From Acidobacteria bacterium 13_1_40CM_65_14 (GTDB taxonomy: Bacteria; Acidobacteriota; Vicinamibacteria; Vicinamibacterales; CAVVIG01): a stretch of DNA of 64,000 nucleotides. The notes beneath the pieces were generated by a model, which saw nothing but the letters and a program-made list of their open reading frames with translations, had not been told where the DNA came from and did not search any database. Below are positions 1-10,000 of this stretch, piece by piece. Position 1 is the stretch's first letter; each line of letters begins with the position of its first letter. Location of the stretch: the NCBI GenBank assembly GCA_001917905.1, contig MNEX01000136.1:10711-74710 (forward strand), written 5' to 3'. Made by a program: the position numbers and the translations under genes.

Positions 1-212
1 ACGGCCGCGACGATCAAATCCTGCAGCATCTCCACGTCCTCTTTCGAGACGACCTCGGGATCGATCTTCAGCGACTGAATCTGCTTGGCGCCGTTGACGA
101 CGACGGTGACCATGCCGCCGCCGGCGTTGCCTTCGACGCGCAGCTCGGCCATCTGTTTCTGCAGGCGCTCCTGCATCTGCTGCGCCTGCTTCATCATCTG
201 TTGGATGTTCAC
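1..212 (-). CDS. ybaB: Nucleoid-associated protein YbaB/EbfC (3' end cut by window edge)
   Basis: Reverse translation from GTG at 212 gives [55 protein letters not shown]..., a typical YbaB. GTGA overlap with the dnaX stop (209-211). Classic dnaX-ybaB order. Confidence 0.85.
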   Translation of the reverse strand, partial: MNIQQMMKQAQQMQERLQKQMAELRVEGNAGGGMVTVVVNGAKQIQSLKIDPEVVSKEDVEMLQDLIVAA

Positions 213-1915
213 ATTTCCTCGACGTCGCGGATTTCCGCGGGGAAGACTTCGAGCATCGTCTGGACGCCCGCGTCGGCCATCGCCTGTTCCCGAAGCGCGG
301 ATTTCTTGTCCGCGGATTTCTTGTCCGACGCTTTCTGCGCGGCATCGTCCACCGGGCTCGCCGGCGCCGCCGATCCGGACGGGTCGCTCTGCACGCTCGT
401 CACTGCGATCTTGCGGCCGGACACCTGTTGCGCCGCCGACTCGATCCACGCGCGATTCTGTTCGAACACGTCGCGCAGCGTGCGATGGTTCGGCGAAAAG
501 GTGAACGTGACGCGATCGCCGCCGACCTCAATCTTCTGCGCCTGCGCGACGACGGTGTTGTAGAACACGTTCTTCGATTTGCGGATTTCCGCAAGCAGCG
601 CGTCTTTCAGATTCGCGTCGGTCCGGCTGAAGCCGGGCCCCACAGGCGCAGGTGTCGAGGTTTTCGCGGCTGGCGACGGTGACGCGGCGGACTTCGAGCT
701 CGCTGACGCTGATGTCGCCCGGAGGGCGGGCCTTTCATCCCTCGACGCGCTCGGGATGCCCTGAGCCTGCCGAAGGGCAGGTCCGCCGGTACCGGCGATC
801 AGATCCTCGATCGGGACAAGTTTCCGCAAATAGATCCAACGCAGGAACGCCATCTCGAGGTGATAGCGCGGCTGCGCAGCGGTGCGGATGTCCGCTTCGG
901 CCTTCGTGAGCAAATCGAACGCGCGCAGCAGATCCTCGCGCGAGAAGCGGCCGGCGAGCGTCTTCAGCCGATCGCGCTCGCTCTCGCCGGCGATTTCCGG
1001 ATCGCTGATGCGCGACGGATCGACCGTGAGCACGAGCAGATCGCGGACGACCCGCGACAGCTCCCGGCACACCGCGCGCAGGTCGTAGCCCATTTCGACC
1101 GCGCGTGCCGTCAGCGCAAACGCCGCGGGCGCGTCCTCGTCGGCGACCGCTTCAACCGCATCGAGCAGGAGATCGCGGCCGACCAGGCCGAGCACCGTCG
1201 CGACATCGTCGGCGCGGATCGTCGTGCCGGTGAACGCAATCACCTGATCCAGCTTGCTCTGCGCGTCGCGCATGCTCCCGTCGGCGTCGCGCGCGACGAG
1301 CTGCAGCGAATCGTCGCTGACCTCGATGCCTTCCGCGTCGACGATGCGGCGCAGCTGCTCGGCGATCGCCTTCGTCCCGATCGTGCGAAGCTCGTACACC
1401 TGCGATCGCGACAGCACAGTATCGGGAATCTTGTCGAGCTCCGTCGTCGCCATCATGAAGATGACGTGCGATGGGGGCTCCTCAATCGATTTCAGCAGCG
1501 CGTTGAACGATTGCGGTGAGAGTTGATGGACCTCGTCGATAATGAACACCTTGTAGCGGTTGCGGACCGGACTGATGGCAAGGCCCGAGATGATGACCTC
1601 GCGGATGTTATCGATGCCCGTGTGCGTGGCCGCGTCAATCTCCAGCACGTCCATGTCGCGGCCTTCCGCGATCTCGACGCACGCGTCGCACGTGCCGCAG
1701 GGATCGGCCGTCGGTCCGTTCACGCAGTTCAGCGCGCGCGCCAGGATGCGCGCGGTCGTCGTCTTGCCGATGCCGCGCGGACCGGCGAACACGAACGCCT
1801 GCGCGAGCCGGTTGCTCTTCAGCGCATTGCGCAGCGTGCGCGTGACCGCCTGCTGTCCGACGACGTCGTCGAACTTCTGCGGTCTCCACTTCCGGGCGAT
1901 GACTTGGTACGCCAT
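209..1915 (-). CDS. dnaX: DNA polymerase III subunit gamma/tau
   Basis: 568 aa. [21 protein letters not shown]... [20 protein letters not shown] ... IIDEVHQLS. Clamp-loader AAA+ motifs and the Cys cluster CGTCDAC. Confidence 0.95.
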   Translation of the reverse strand: MAYQVIARKWRPQKFDDVVGQQAVTRTLRNALKSNRLAQAFVFAGPRGIGKTTTARILARALNCVNGPTADPCGTCDACVEIAEGRDMDVLEIDAATHTGIDNIREVIISGLAISPVRNRYKVFIIDEVHQLSPQSFNALLKSIEEPPSHVIFMMATTELDKIPDTVLSRSQVYELRTIGTKAIAEQLRRIVDAEGIEVSDDSLQLVARDADGSMRDAQSKLDQVIAFTGTTIRADDVATVLGLVGRDLLLDAVEAVADEDAPAAFALTARAVEMGYDLRAVCRELSRVVRDLLVLTVDPSRISDPEIAGESERDRLKTLAGRFSREDLLRAFDLLTKAEADIRTAAQPRYHLEMAFLRWIYLRKLVPIEDLIAGTGGPALRQAQGIPSASRDERPALRATSASASSKSAASPSPAAKTSTPAPVGPGFSRTDANLKDALLAEIRKSKNVFYNTVVAQAQKIEVGGDRVTFTFSPNHRTLRDVFEQNRAWIESAAQQVSGRKIAVTSVQSDPSGSAAPASPVDDAAQKASDKKSADKKSALREQAMADAGVQTMLEVFPAEIRDVEEM

Positions 1916-1960
1916 GTCAGGGCTGAGGGCTTAGAGCTGGTGCGACATTACCCGCAAACC

Positions 1961-2052
1961 TCTCCACCGCTGAGGACACGGAGGACAGGAGGTGCAAACC
2001 TGAAGAAAAAAGTACATTGCCTCTGTGTCCCCGTGTCCTCCGTGGTGGCGAG
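1961..2052. repeat. Intergenic hairpin repeat (GAGGACACG-type arms)
   Basis: ctccaccgctgaggacacggaggacaggagg ... cctctgtgtccccgtgtcctccgtggtggcgag inverted arms. Lies between the SRP RNA and the dnaX start. Same element type as 5461, 18978 and 49325. Confidence 0.8.
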
Positions 2053-2086
2053 TTGTAATTCTGCAACGCGCTTTTCGGGCTGATGG

Positions 2087-2218
2087 CTTGCGGATTGAAC
2101 CGCAGTCCGGAAAACCTGCGGCACATTACAGGATCTGCTTAGCGCTGCTGCCTTCCGGCCCTGACGCGGTTCGCAGTCTGGAATTGCACAGGTTCCGGAC
2201 CGCGGTGCAATCCGCAAG
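2087..2218 (-). ncRNA. ffs: Signal recognition particle RNA (small/4.5S type)
   Basis: Minus strand reads ...GCGUCAGGGCCGGAAGGCAGCAGC..AGCAGAU.., the conserved domain IV motif with a GGAA tetraloop. Long closing helix: cttgcggattg..ggtccggaacctg pairs with caggttttccggac..caatccgcaag. Usual position upstream of dnaX. Confidence 0.85.
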
Positions 2219-2229
2219 GGTCAACTTTA

Positions 2230-3060
2230 CTACACAGGCACGCGCGTCGCGAGCAGCAGATACTTCGCGAGCACCTCGCCGACGACGACGGTGAAGAAAT
2301 CGACATAGAGAATGCCGGTCGCCGATTGGGTCGAGCGGATCTTCGCCGTCTCCCACGTGAGATACGACAGCAAAGCCGGCCCTGCAAGTCCGAAGAGCAC
2401 GCGCTGCCAGAAAAAAATCCCGGCGACCGACGTGATGTAGTGGCGAAAGCTCGGTCCGAGGCCAGGCTGCCCTGGAGACGACGTCGCGATCGCGAGAAAC
2501 ACCGCCGCCCCGACGACCGCGACGCGGACGATCATCGACGCGATGTGGACCTTGACGATCGACTGCAGATGCGAGACCTGCATCGACGGCAGGATGAGAT
2601 ACCAGTGGCCGAGCATCATCGCCGTGCACGCGCCGCCGAGGAGCGCGGCGGAGCTGAGAAAGCTCGCGACCGTCAGCACTTGCATCGGCAGCGCGCGATC
2701 GGCCGCCAGCGCGAGCGCCTGAAGAACGACCGCGAGGAGACCGCCGCCCACCGCGATGACGACGAGCGCCGGCCGAACCTTGGCGAGCATGCGTCCGATC
2801 GTCGCCCAATAGAGAACGAGTGCCGCCTCGGCGGCGTCGAGCGTGAGCACGGCGAGTTGTGAGAGTCGTGTGGGTGGCGGATCGCCTGGATTGGCGCCGC
2901 CGTAATAGAACGCCAGCGCAATCGCGATGAGAATCGCGGCGAGCCCCGCGTTGAACCGAAAAAATTTCACGCCCGCGTCGCGCGAGACGAAGACGAGCGT
3001 GAACGCAATGCCGACGCCGAGGTGCGCGAGGAAGAGAAACAGAATCGTGGACAGAGACAT
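2230..3060 (-). CDS. Polytopic inner-membrane protein, function unknown
   Basis: 276 aa, about 8 hydrophobic segments (MSLSTILFLFLAHLGVGIAFTLVFV...). No family recognised. Confidence 0.6.
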   Translation of the reverse strand: MSLSTILFLFLAHLGVGIAFTLVFVSRDAGVKFFRFNAGLAAILIAIALAFYYGGANPGDPPPTRLSQLAVLTLDAAEAALVLYWATIGRMLAKVRPALVVIAVGGGLLAVVLQALALAADRALPMQVLTVASFLSSAALLGGACTAMMLGHWYLILPSMQVSHLQSIVKVHIASMIVRVAVVGAAVFLAIATSSPGQPGLGPSFRHYITSVAGIFFWQRVLFGLAGPALLSYLTWETAKIRSTQSATGILYVDFFTVVVGEVLAKYLLLATRVPV

Positions 3061-3127
3061 CTAGCGCAGATCCTGGATGACGGAATCCATTTCTCCTCCG
3101 TCTGATTTGGGGCTTAGACGGGGCAAC

Positions 3128-3230
3128 GGGGAGAAAGGATGGATGGTCAGGGCGGGATGGGCAGGATGGGCCGGAAAGAACTCGCAGCTTTCCATCCCGC
3201 GCCTATCCCGCCTTTCCTGCCCTTCCTGCC
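3128..3230. repeat. Intergenic hairpin repeat (GGGATGG-type arms)
   Basis: ggcgggatgggcaggatggg ... ccatcccgcgcctatcccgcc. Begins right at the SOD stop. Confidence 0.65.
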
Positions 3231-3832
3231 TATTTACCCAGCCGCTTGTTGATTTCGGTCCAGTTGACGACGTTCCACCACGCGTCGATGTAGTCCGGCC
3301 GGCGATTCTGGTACTTCAAGTAGTAGGCGTGCTCCCACACGTCGACGCCGAAGACGATCTTCTTGTTTTCCATCAGCGGGCTGTCCTGGTTCGCGCTGCT
3401 TTCGACCACGAGCTTGCCGCCCTGATCCAGCACCCACGCCCACCCGCTGCCGAAGCGGCCGACGCCCGCCTTCTTCACTTCGTCCTTGAACTTGTCGAAG
3501 CTCCCGAACGACGAGTTGATCGCGCCCGCGATCGCGCCGGTCGGCGCGCCGCCGGCTTTTGGTCCCATGATCTGCCAGAACATCGTGTGGTTGGCGTGGC
3601 CGCCGCCGTTGTTGCGGACGGCGGTGCGAATGTCCTCTGGCACACTGCTGATGCCGCGCAGCAGATCCTCAATGCTCTTCGACTGCAGCTCGGGATGCTT
3701 CTCGAGTGCGGCGTTCAAGTTGGTGACGTACGCCTGATGATGCTTGCCGTGATGAATCTCCATCGTCCTCGCATCGATGTGCGGCTCGAGTGCATCGAAG
3801 GGATATGGAAGGGGCGGAAGTGAGTGAGCCAT
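3230..3832 (-). CDS. Fe/Mn-family superoxide dismutase
   Basis: 200 aa. [32 protein letters not shown] ... [25 protein letters not shown] Shine-Dalgarno upstream. Confidence 0.95.
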   Translation of the reverse strand: MAHSLPPLPYPFDALEPHIDARTMEIHHGKHHQAYVTNLNAALEKHPELQSKSIEDLLRGISSVPEDIRTAVRNNGGGHANHTMFWQIMGPKAGGAPTGAIAGAINSSFGSFDKFKDEVKKAGVGRFGSGWAWVLDQGGKLVVESSANQDSPLMENKKIVFGVDVWEHAYYLKYQNRRPDYIDAWWNVVNWTEINKRLGK

Positions 3833-3882
3833 CGAACGTCCTCCTTATGCGCGTCGTCGATCGTGAAAGACCGACGATCGTA

Positions 3883-4191
3883 CTATCGTTCGGGCTCCGG
3901 CTTCAATGACGCGAGCGCGCTCGGCGGCACGCGGCCGTGCTCTGACGAGAGGCACAATGTGCACCCGCGATCGGCGAACTGCTGCCACGCTCGGGCTTGC
4001 GCATCGGCGAGCGACGGCAGGTAGTCGGGCGAGGCTCGCGGCCACAGCGGCCGCTCTTCCTTGCAAACCGCGAGTCGGATCCACGAAGCGGAAAGGAAGA
4101 GATATTCGACGTGATCGGGGTCGTGTGGAAGGGAAACGAAGCGGCGCGACGCCATCCACGCGGACGTGCCGAGCAGCACGCCAAGCAGCAC
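3883..4191 (-). CDS. Hypothetical small protein (weak call)
   Basis: 102-aa ORF filling the SOD-nadA gap. G/C-rich third positions. No recognisable family. Confidence 0.3.
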   Translation of the reverse strand: MLLGVLLGTSAWMASRRFVSLPHDPDHVEYLFLSASWIRLAVCKEERPLWPRASPDYLPSLADAQARAWQQFADRGCTLCLSSEHGRVPPSALASLKPEPER

Positions 4192-4211
4192 GCCGCATTA
4201 TGCGGCGGCGG

Positions 4212-5372
4212 CTACTGGATCGACAACATGCGATCGAGCGCGACCTTCGTCCAGTGCTTGCGATCGTCGGGAACGACGATGCGGTTGTGAACCTCGCCGT
4301 CGACGAGGCCTTCGAGGACCCACAGCAGATGATTCGGAGAGACGCGGAACATCGTGGAACAGAGGCAGCCGAACTGATCGAGCGAGTGCACGGTCCGCTC
4401 CGGCTGGACTTCACGCGCGAGCCGGTTGACGAGATGAATCTCAGTCGCAACCGCCCACACCGAACCGGCAGGACTGTCCTTGACGGTCTTGATGATGTAT
4501 TCAGTCGACCCGGCATCGTCGGCCGCCTGCACGACCTCCCACGTCACTTCGGGGTGCACGATGACGCGGACGCCCGGATGCTGCGCGCGGATCGCTTCGA
4601 TTTGCCGCACGGTGAACCGCGTGTGCACCGAGCAGTGGCCCTTCCAGAGAATCATGCGCGCGGGCTTGACCGCGTCCGGTTCGAGGTCGCCCCAGATCTC
4701 GTTCGGATCCCACACCACCATCTGGTCGAGCGGGACGCCGAGCTTGTACGCGGTGTTGCGGCCGAGATGCTGATCCGGAAGAAAGAGAATCCGCTCGCCG
4801 CGCTCCCACGCCCATTTCAGCGTCGCCGCGGCATTCGATGACGTGCAGACGACGCCGCCGTGTTCGCCGACGAACGATTTGATGGCGGCCGCGGAGTTGA
4901 TGTAGGTGACCGGAACCACGCCGCCGATTCCCATCTGCTGCAGATCGTTCCAGCACTGCTCGAGTTGATCCGGATCCGCCATGTCCGACATCGAGCAGCC
5001 GGCCGCGAGATCGGGGAGGATCACCTGCTGATGATCCGCGCTGAGCACGTCGGCGCTTTCCGCCATGAAATGCACGCCGCAGAAGACGATGAAGTCGGCG
5101 TCGGGGTGCTTTGAAACCAGGCGCGCGAGCTTGAAGGAGTCGCCGGTGTAGTCGGCGAACTTGATCACTTCGTCGCGCTGATAGTGATGGCCGAGGATCA
5201 CGAGCCGGCGGCCGAGCTTCGCTTTCGCCGCCGCAATCCGCGCCTCCATCTCCTCGTCAGACAACCCGAGGTATTTCTCGGGGAGCGGCTGGCGCTCGGA
5301 GATGTGCTCCTTCTCGTACGCCGTCAGAAGTGGAATCAGCAAGGTTGTGAAACTTTTCGCAAGGCGCTCCAC
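4212..5372 (-). CDS. nadA: Quinolinate synthase NadA
   Basis: LVILGHHYQRDEVIKFADYTGDSFKLA ... FCGVHFMAESADVL ... CSMSDMA ... CTSSNA ... WKGHCSVH. Start set to the in-frame GTG at 5372, which is uncertain (TTG at 5342 is the alternative). The ORF-track N-terminal extension crosses a repeat. Confidence 0.88.
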   Translation of the reverse strand: MERLAKSFTTLLIPLLTAYEKEHISERQPLPEKYLGLSDEEMEARIAAAKAKLGRRLVILGHHYQRDEVIKFADYTGDSFKLARLVSKHPDADFIVFCGVHFMAESADVLSADHQQVILPDLAAGCSMSDMADPDQLEQCWNDLQQMGIGGVVPVTYINSAAAIKSFVGEHGGVVCTSSNAAATLKWAWERGERILFLPDQHLGRNTAYKLGVPLDQMVVWDPNEIWGDLEPDAVKPARMILWKGHCSVHTRFTVRQIEAIRAQHPGVRVIVHPEVTWEVVQAADDAGSTEYIIKTVKDSPAGSVWAVATEIHLVNRLAREVQPERTVHSLDQFGCLCSTMFRVSPNHLLWVLEGLVDGEVHNRIVVPDDRKHWTKVALDRMLSIQ

Positions 5373-5460
5373 CAGTATAACACCCGGCAGGGCGCCGCTA
5401 TTCCTTAAGGCTGGGCGCCGCCGCGCTCGACCGTTAGGAGCCGCATTGCAGGATTGAACT

Positions 5461-5551
5461 CTCCACCACGAAGGACACGGGGGACGCGGAGGAAAATCCT
5501 GTTTTGAACAGGTTTGAACCTCCTGTCCTCCGTGGCCCCCGTGGTGGCGAG
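5461..5551. repeat. Intergenic hairpin repeat (GAGGACACG-type arms)
   Basis: ctccaccacgaaggacacgggggacgcggagg ... cctcctgtcctccgtggcccccgtggtggcgag. Confidence 0.8.
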
Positions 5552-5568
5552 GTATTTTGAAACGCACT

Positions 5569-6669
5569 CTACAAGGCGTGCTCGACCACTCGATATAACG
5601 TGTCGCGCTCGACGGGTTCGCGCCCCGCCGCGCGGATGAGCCGTTCGATCTCGCGCGTCGACATCGACGTCGGCGTCCGCGACCCGGCCATGTGGTAAAT
5701 CTTCTCTTCCTGCACGGTGCCGTCAAGGTCGTCGGCGCCGAACCACAAGCAGGTCTGCGCCACCTCCACGCCGGTCGCAATCCAGAACGCTTTCACGTGA
5801 TCGATGTTGTCGCACATCAGCCGCGCGACGGCATGGACGCGCAGCGTGTCGGCCGCGCTCGGCGCCGGCAGCTGGCGCATCTGGTTGTTGTCGGGATGGA
5901 ACGCGAGCGGGATGAACGCCTGGAAGCCGCCGGTCTCGTCCTGCAGCGCCCGCGCGCGCAGCATGTGATCGACGCGCTCTTCGCTCGTTTCGATGTGCCC
6001 GTAGAGCATCGTGACGTTGGTGCGCATGCCAAGCCGATGCGCCGTGCGATGGATCTCGAGATAGCGTTCGGTGCCGCACTTGTCGTGCGCGATCTTCCGG
6101 CGCACGCGCTCGGCGAAGATCTCGGCGCCCCCGCCGGGCAGCGAGTCGAGCCCCGCGGCCATCAGCTCGCGCAGCACCTGCTCGTCGGTCATGCCGTAGA
6201 GATCCGCGAAGAACGCGATCTCGACCGCGGTGAAACATTTCAGATGAATGTCCGGCCGGATGCGCTTGAAGCCGCGCAGCATCTCCGTGTAATAGTCGAA
6301 CGGCAGATCCGGATGCAGGCCGTTGACGACGTGGATTTCGGTGAGCGGCTGATGGGCGCGCTGGCGCAGCTTGTCCCACACCTGCTCGAGCGTCATCGTG
6401 TAGGCGTCGGTGTCGCCGGGCTTCAGCCGCGCGAACGAGCAGAACAGACAGCTCGCGACGCACACGTTGGTCGCCTCGAGCCGGATGTTGTAGTTGTAGA
6501 ACGTGCGCGGACCGTGGCGCTTCTCGCGCTCGCGATTCGCCAGCCAACCGACCGCGAGGAGATCCGGTGAATCGAAGAGACGCCGGCCGTCCTCCAGGCC
6601 AAGACGAGCACCACGATCAAGTTTTTCAGCGATGTCTGCGAGGCCGGAGGACCGTAGACGGGACAGCAT
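5569..6669 (-). CDS. Radical-SAM menaquinone (futalosine pathway) enzyme, MqnE/MqnC family
   Basis: 366 aa. NIRLEATNVCVASCLFCSFAR (CxxxCxxC), GGGAEIF, FIPLAFHPDN. I cannot separate MqnE from MqnC by eye; the AFAR context looks more MqnE-like. Confidence 0.8.
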   Translation of the reverse strand: MLSRLRSSGLADIAEKLDRGARLGLEDGRRLFDSPDLLAVGWLANREREKRHGPRTFYNYNIRLEATNVCVASCLFCSFARLKPGDTDAYTMTLEQVWDKLRQRAHQPLTEIHVVNGLHPDLPFDYYTEMLRGFKRIRPDIHLKCFTAVEIAFFADLYGMTDEQVLRELMAAGLDSLPGGGAEIFAERVRRKIAHDKCGTERYLEIHRTAHRLGMRTNVTMLYGHIETSEERVDHMLRARALQDETGGFQAFIPLAFHPDNNQMRQLPAPSAADTLRVHAVARLMCDNIDHVKAFWIATGVEVAQTCLWFGADDLDGTVQEEKIYHMAGSRTPTSMSTREIERLIRAAGREPVERDTLYRVVEHAL

Positions 6670-6740
6670 TTGGTAATCGGGGAATTTGGGTAATCGAGTA
6701 ATTGAATGACCAGATTACCCGATTATCCAATTTCCCAATG
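6670..6740. repeat. Intergenic hairpin repeat (GGTAATC-type arms)
   Basis: ttggtaatcggggaatttgggtaatcgag ... cagattacccgattatccaatttcccaatgg. Confidence 0.6.
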
Positions 6741-6745
6741 GAGCG

Positions 6746-7252
6746 TCAGGAGGATATCCCCCAGACTTGTATTCGCAGCGATCGCGCGCGCGGGCCGTCG
6801 AGCTCCGCCATCAGGATCCGCTGCCACTGGCCGAGCACGACTTCCCCGCCGCTGACCTGCAGCGTGAGGCTGTGGCCGAGCAGCAGCGCGCGCAGATGCG
6901 AATCGGCGTTCATGCGATCGCAGTCCGAGTGGTCCGGGTTGTTATGCATCCATTCGGCGTCGCGCGCCACCATCTGTTCGAGAAAGCGTTTGATGTCGGT
7001 GAGCAGCGCCGTCTGGAATTCGTTGATGAAGAGCGCGCAGGTGGTGTGCATCGACCAGAGGCTCACCAGCCCTTCGCGGATGTTGAACAGCCGGACGAAC
7101 TCCATAATCCGGTTCGTGAGATCGACGAGCTCGATGCGCTGGTCGGTCTGAATCACGATCGTCTCACCGTGAATCGTCAGTCCGCCGGCCGTCGCGGTCG
7201 CCACCTGTTCGACGGGCTTTTCCCGGACGGTGACAGTCGAGCTCTTGCTCAT
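6746..7252 (-). CDS. YjbQ/UPF0047 family protein (secondary thiamine-phosphate synthase-like)
   Basis: LWSMHTTCALFINE ... NADSHLRALLLGHSLTLQV..GEVVLGQWQRI. Start chosen at MSKSS (7252), which has GAGAGG upstream. Confidence 0.8.
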   Translation of the reverse strand: MSKSSTVTVREKPVEQVATATAGGLTIHGETIVIQTDQRIELVDLTNRIMEFVRLFNIREGLVSLWSMHTTCALFINEFQTALLTDIKRFLEQMVARDAEWMHNNPDHSDCDRMNADSHLRALLLGHSLTLQVSGGEVVLGQWQRILMAELDGPRARSLRIQVWGISS

Positions 7253-7369
7253 GCGGTTCCTCTCGGATTGGGAGGTCTGGCGCGCGTCCCAGTTGCGGAC
7301 ACGAACGGACAATGTTACGCAAAAACTCCCGGTCGAGGCAACCCTGCTATACTCCGCGTTCGTACAACT

Positions 7370-7595
7370 TGACGTTCACCCCGGCGGCCACGCGAAGTGG
7401 GTGCGAAGCCCACACGGTCCCGCCACTGTAAGCGGCTAGCGACACGTCAGCAGACGTCACTGGGATGGGACGGTCTAAAGACCGTCCCCTACAACGCGTC
7501 GATATAAGACGCCGGTAGGCGACGGCCTTCAGGCCGTCGCGACTGGGAAGACAGACGTGCCGCGCTGATCCGCGAGTCAGGAAACCTGGCCATCG
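7370..7595 (+). promoter_or_regulatory. Cobalamin (B12) riboswitch
   Basis: GAAGTGGGTGCGAAGCCCACACGGTCCCGCCACTGTAAGCGG core, CACTGGGA...ACTGGGAAG, and B12-box-like GAGTCAGGAAACCTGGCC. Lies directly upstream of a TonB receptor and BtuCDF-type genes. TATACT at 7348 is a possible -10. Confidence 0.75.
7467..7540. repeat. REP-like double hairpin inside the riboswitch variable loop
   Basis: gggacggtctaaagaccgtccc ... gcgacggccttcaggccgtcgc, joined by ctac...gtag. Flanked by cACTGGGA (7458) and gACTGGGA (7541). Confidence 0.6.
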
Positions 7596-7638
7596 GGGGC
7601 GTCCTTTCTTCGGCGCGTGAGACGCCGGGAGGAACCCG

Positions 7639-9891
7639 ATGCGCACGTCCCGCCTCTGGCGGCTGGCTGCGGCCTGCCGTCCATCTCTTCACATCACACT
7701 CGTCACGCTGACACTGCTCGGTCACGCTGTTTCGACAGCCGCCGCCGATCGCGAGGCGTCAGGCACGGTCGTCGATCAATTCGGACAAGCGCTGCCGCGC
7801 GCGTACGTGCGGCTGCTGGATCAGCGCGGCTCGGAAATCACCGCGACGTTCGCCGACCAGACCGGTCGCTTTCGTCTGAACGCGTCGAGCACTGACTGCC
7901 GGATTGAAGCCTCGCTCACCGGCTTCGCGACGGCGAGCGTGCCGTGCGGCGCGCAACCGGCACGCATTGTCCTCGCCGTCGCCCCCGTGCGCGAGACGGT
8001 CGTCGTCAGCGCGACGCGGACCGAGGCGCCCGCCGATCAAGTCGGCGCGAGCGTGACGACCTTCACGGCCGACGATCTCGCGCACCGGCAGGTGCCGCTC
8101 GTCGCCGATCTGCTGCGCGCGTCGCCGGGCGTCATGGTCGTGCGAACCGGATCGCCCGGCGCGGTGACGTCGCTCTTCGTTCGCGGCGGCGAGAGCAACT
8201 ATAACAAGGTGCTGCTCGACGGCATCCCGCTCAACGAGCCGGGCGGCACCTTCAACTTCAGCAATCTGACGACCGACAACCTGGAGCAGATCGAGATCGT
8301 CCGCGGCGCGCACTCGGCGCTCTTCGGGTCGGACGCGATGGCCAGCGTCATCCAGCTCGTGACGAAGCGGCCCGATCGATCCGGCGGCCGGCCGCACGCG
8401 GCGTTGTCGTTCGAGGGCGGCACGTACGATACCTTTCGCGGCAACGCGTCGGTCTCCGGCGCCTCGGGCCGATTCGATTACGTGCTGGGCGCACAGCGGC
8501 TCAACACCGACAATCGTGCGCCGAACAGCCGCTTCGAGAACACGACGCTGTCGGCGAACCTCGGCGTCTCGCTCGGTCACGACGCGATCCTGCGCTTCAT
8601 CGGACGCGGCGAGCGGGAACACGTCGGGACGCCGGGGCAAACCGCATTCGGACGCCCGGATCTCGATGCGTTCTTCGCGCGACGTGACGGCGTCGGTGGA
8701 CTGTCGTTCGACCAGCAGCTCACGGCGTCGTTCCGCCAGCGCGCCGCGTACTCGCTGACCGCGTCGAACCAGCAATCGACGAATCTCCTGCTCGACCCGC
8801 CGTACACGCCGCGCTTCGGCAGCCGCGCGGCACCGTTTCAGTTCTCCGACTTCAGATTCGACAGCCGCACGAACCTCCATCGTCATCACGCCAGCTATCA
8901 GGGGGACTGGCGCGTGACCGGCGATGCCTCGTCTGGTCAGCATCTCCTGAGCGTGCTGGCGGACTGGGACGGCGAGCGCGCGACGCTCGAGAATCGGCTG
9001 ACGCCGACGCGCACCGACGCGGCGCGGAACAACTTCGGATGGTCCGTGCAGCATCAGGCGCTGTGGCGGCGCGTGTTCGCCACCGCCGGCGGCCGCATCG
9101 AGCGCAACGACAGCTTCGGGACCGCGGCGGTGCCGCGTGGATCGATCGTGTTCGTCGCGCGATCGTCGAACGGCGCGGTCGGTGAAACCAAGCTGCGCGC
9201 CAGCGCGGGACTGGGCATCAAGGAGCCGACCGTCCTCGAGTCGTTCAGCCCCTCGCCGTTCTTCCGCGGCAATCCGGATCTCGAACCGGAGCGGTCGCGG
9301 ACGGTTGACGCGGGAATCGAGCAACGCTTCGCGGCCGATCGCGCGAAAGTCGAGCTGACCTGGTTCGACAATCGTTTCGAGAACAAGATTTCGACGCGGA
9401 CGACCAACCCCGCGACATTCGAGGCGCAGTACTTCAATATCGGCTTGTCGCGCGCGCGCGGCGCGGAACTGTCGCTCGACGCTGCGCCGGCGAGGGGACT
9501 GCGCGCCCGCGCCGGCTACACCTTCCTCGCGTCGAAGATTCTCGAGAGCACCGCGCCGAACAACGTCGTGCTGCAGGCGGGCAACTGGTTGTTCAGGCGG
9601 CCGCGGCATTCGGGATTCGTCGGCGCGACGTGGGTCTGGAGCCTGTTGAGCGCCAACGTCGACGGCGTGTTCATCGGCCGCTACGTCGACAGCGACTTCT
9701 CGTCGCTGCAGCCGCCGATCCTCACGAACGACGGCTACACGACGTGGAACGCGCGCGTTGGCTGGAGAGTGTCGCGGCAACTGACAGGTACGGTGTCGAT
9801 CGACAACCTCGCCGACGCGGAGTACATGGAACCGCTCGGGTATCCGGCGCTACGCCGCGCAATCCGTGCGGGCGTCCGCGTCGCGTTCTAA
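7639..9891 (+). CDS. TonB-dependent outer-membrane receptor (BtuB-like)
   Basis: 750 aa. Signal peptide, plug domain (ETVVVSATR... DLLRASPGV.V), C-terminal barrel ending RAGVRVAF. Downstream of the B12 riboswitch. Confidence 0.9.
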   Translation: MRTSRLWRLAAACRPSLHITLVTLTLLGHAVSTAAADREASGTVVDQFGQALPRAYVRLLDQRGSEITATFADQTGRFRLNASSTDCRIEASLTGFATASVPCGAQPARIVLAVAPVRETVVVSATRTEAPADQVGASVTTFTADDLAHRQVPLVADLLRASPGVMVVRTGSPGAVTSLFVRGGESNYNKVLLDGIPLNEPGGTFNFSNLTTDNLEQIEIVRGAHSALFGSDAMASVIQLVTKRPDRSGGRPHAALSFEGGTYDTFRGNASVSGASGRFDYVLGAQRLNTDNRAPNSRFENTTLSANLGVSLGHDAILRFIGRGEREHVGTPGQTAFGRPDLDAFFARRDGVGGLSFDQQLTASFRQRAAYSLTASNQQSTNLLLDPPYTPRFGSRAAPFQFSDFRFDSRTNLHRHHASYQGDWRVTGDASSGQHLLSVLADWDGERATLENRLTPTRTDAARNNFGWSVQHQALWRRVFATAGGRIERNDSFGTAAVPRGSIVFVARSSNGAVGETKLRASAGLGIKEPTVLESFSPSPFFRGNPDLEPERSRTVDAGIEQRFAADRAKVELTWFDNRFENKISTRTTNPATFEAQYFNIGLSRARGAELSLDAAPARGLRARAGYTFLASKILESTAPNNVVLQAGNWLFRRPRHSGFVGATWVWSLLSANVDGVFIGRYVDSDFSSLQPPILTNDGYTTWNARVGWRVSRQLTGTVSIDNLADAEYMEPLGYPALRRAIRAGVRVAF

Positions 9892-9916
9892 TGCTTGTTT
9901 CTCGTCTGCGGCTTGC

Positions 9917-10000
9917 TTGATTCGGCACGCTGATCAAACACAATGGACACAAAGGACACAAAGGAAGGTGTGTTGATTCAGTGCCGCTACGCCGAATCGA
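9917..10000. repeat. Hairpin repeat (GGACACAAA units in the loop)
   Basis: ttgattcggcacgctgatcaaacaca ... tgtgttgattcagtgccgctacgccgaatcga. Lies after the receptor stop. Confidence 0.6.

Noticed and set aside
209-1915. Programmed -1 frameshift site in dnaX (gamma/tau), as in E. coli
   Set aside because: I did not see an A-AAA-AAG-type slippery heptamer on the coding strand by eye. This is not excluded computationally.
5373-5780. N-terminal extension of the nadA ORF
   Set aside because: It crosses the 5461-5551 hairpin repeat (translated HHGGHGGQE…) and has no NadA similarity.
7759-9780. 673-aa ORF antisense to the TonB-dependent receptor
   Set aside because: It has an Arg/Ala/Gly-rich low-information translation typical of antisense frames in high-G+C DNA. 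The opposite strand has a clear family match.
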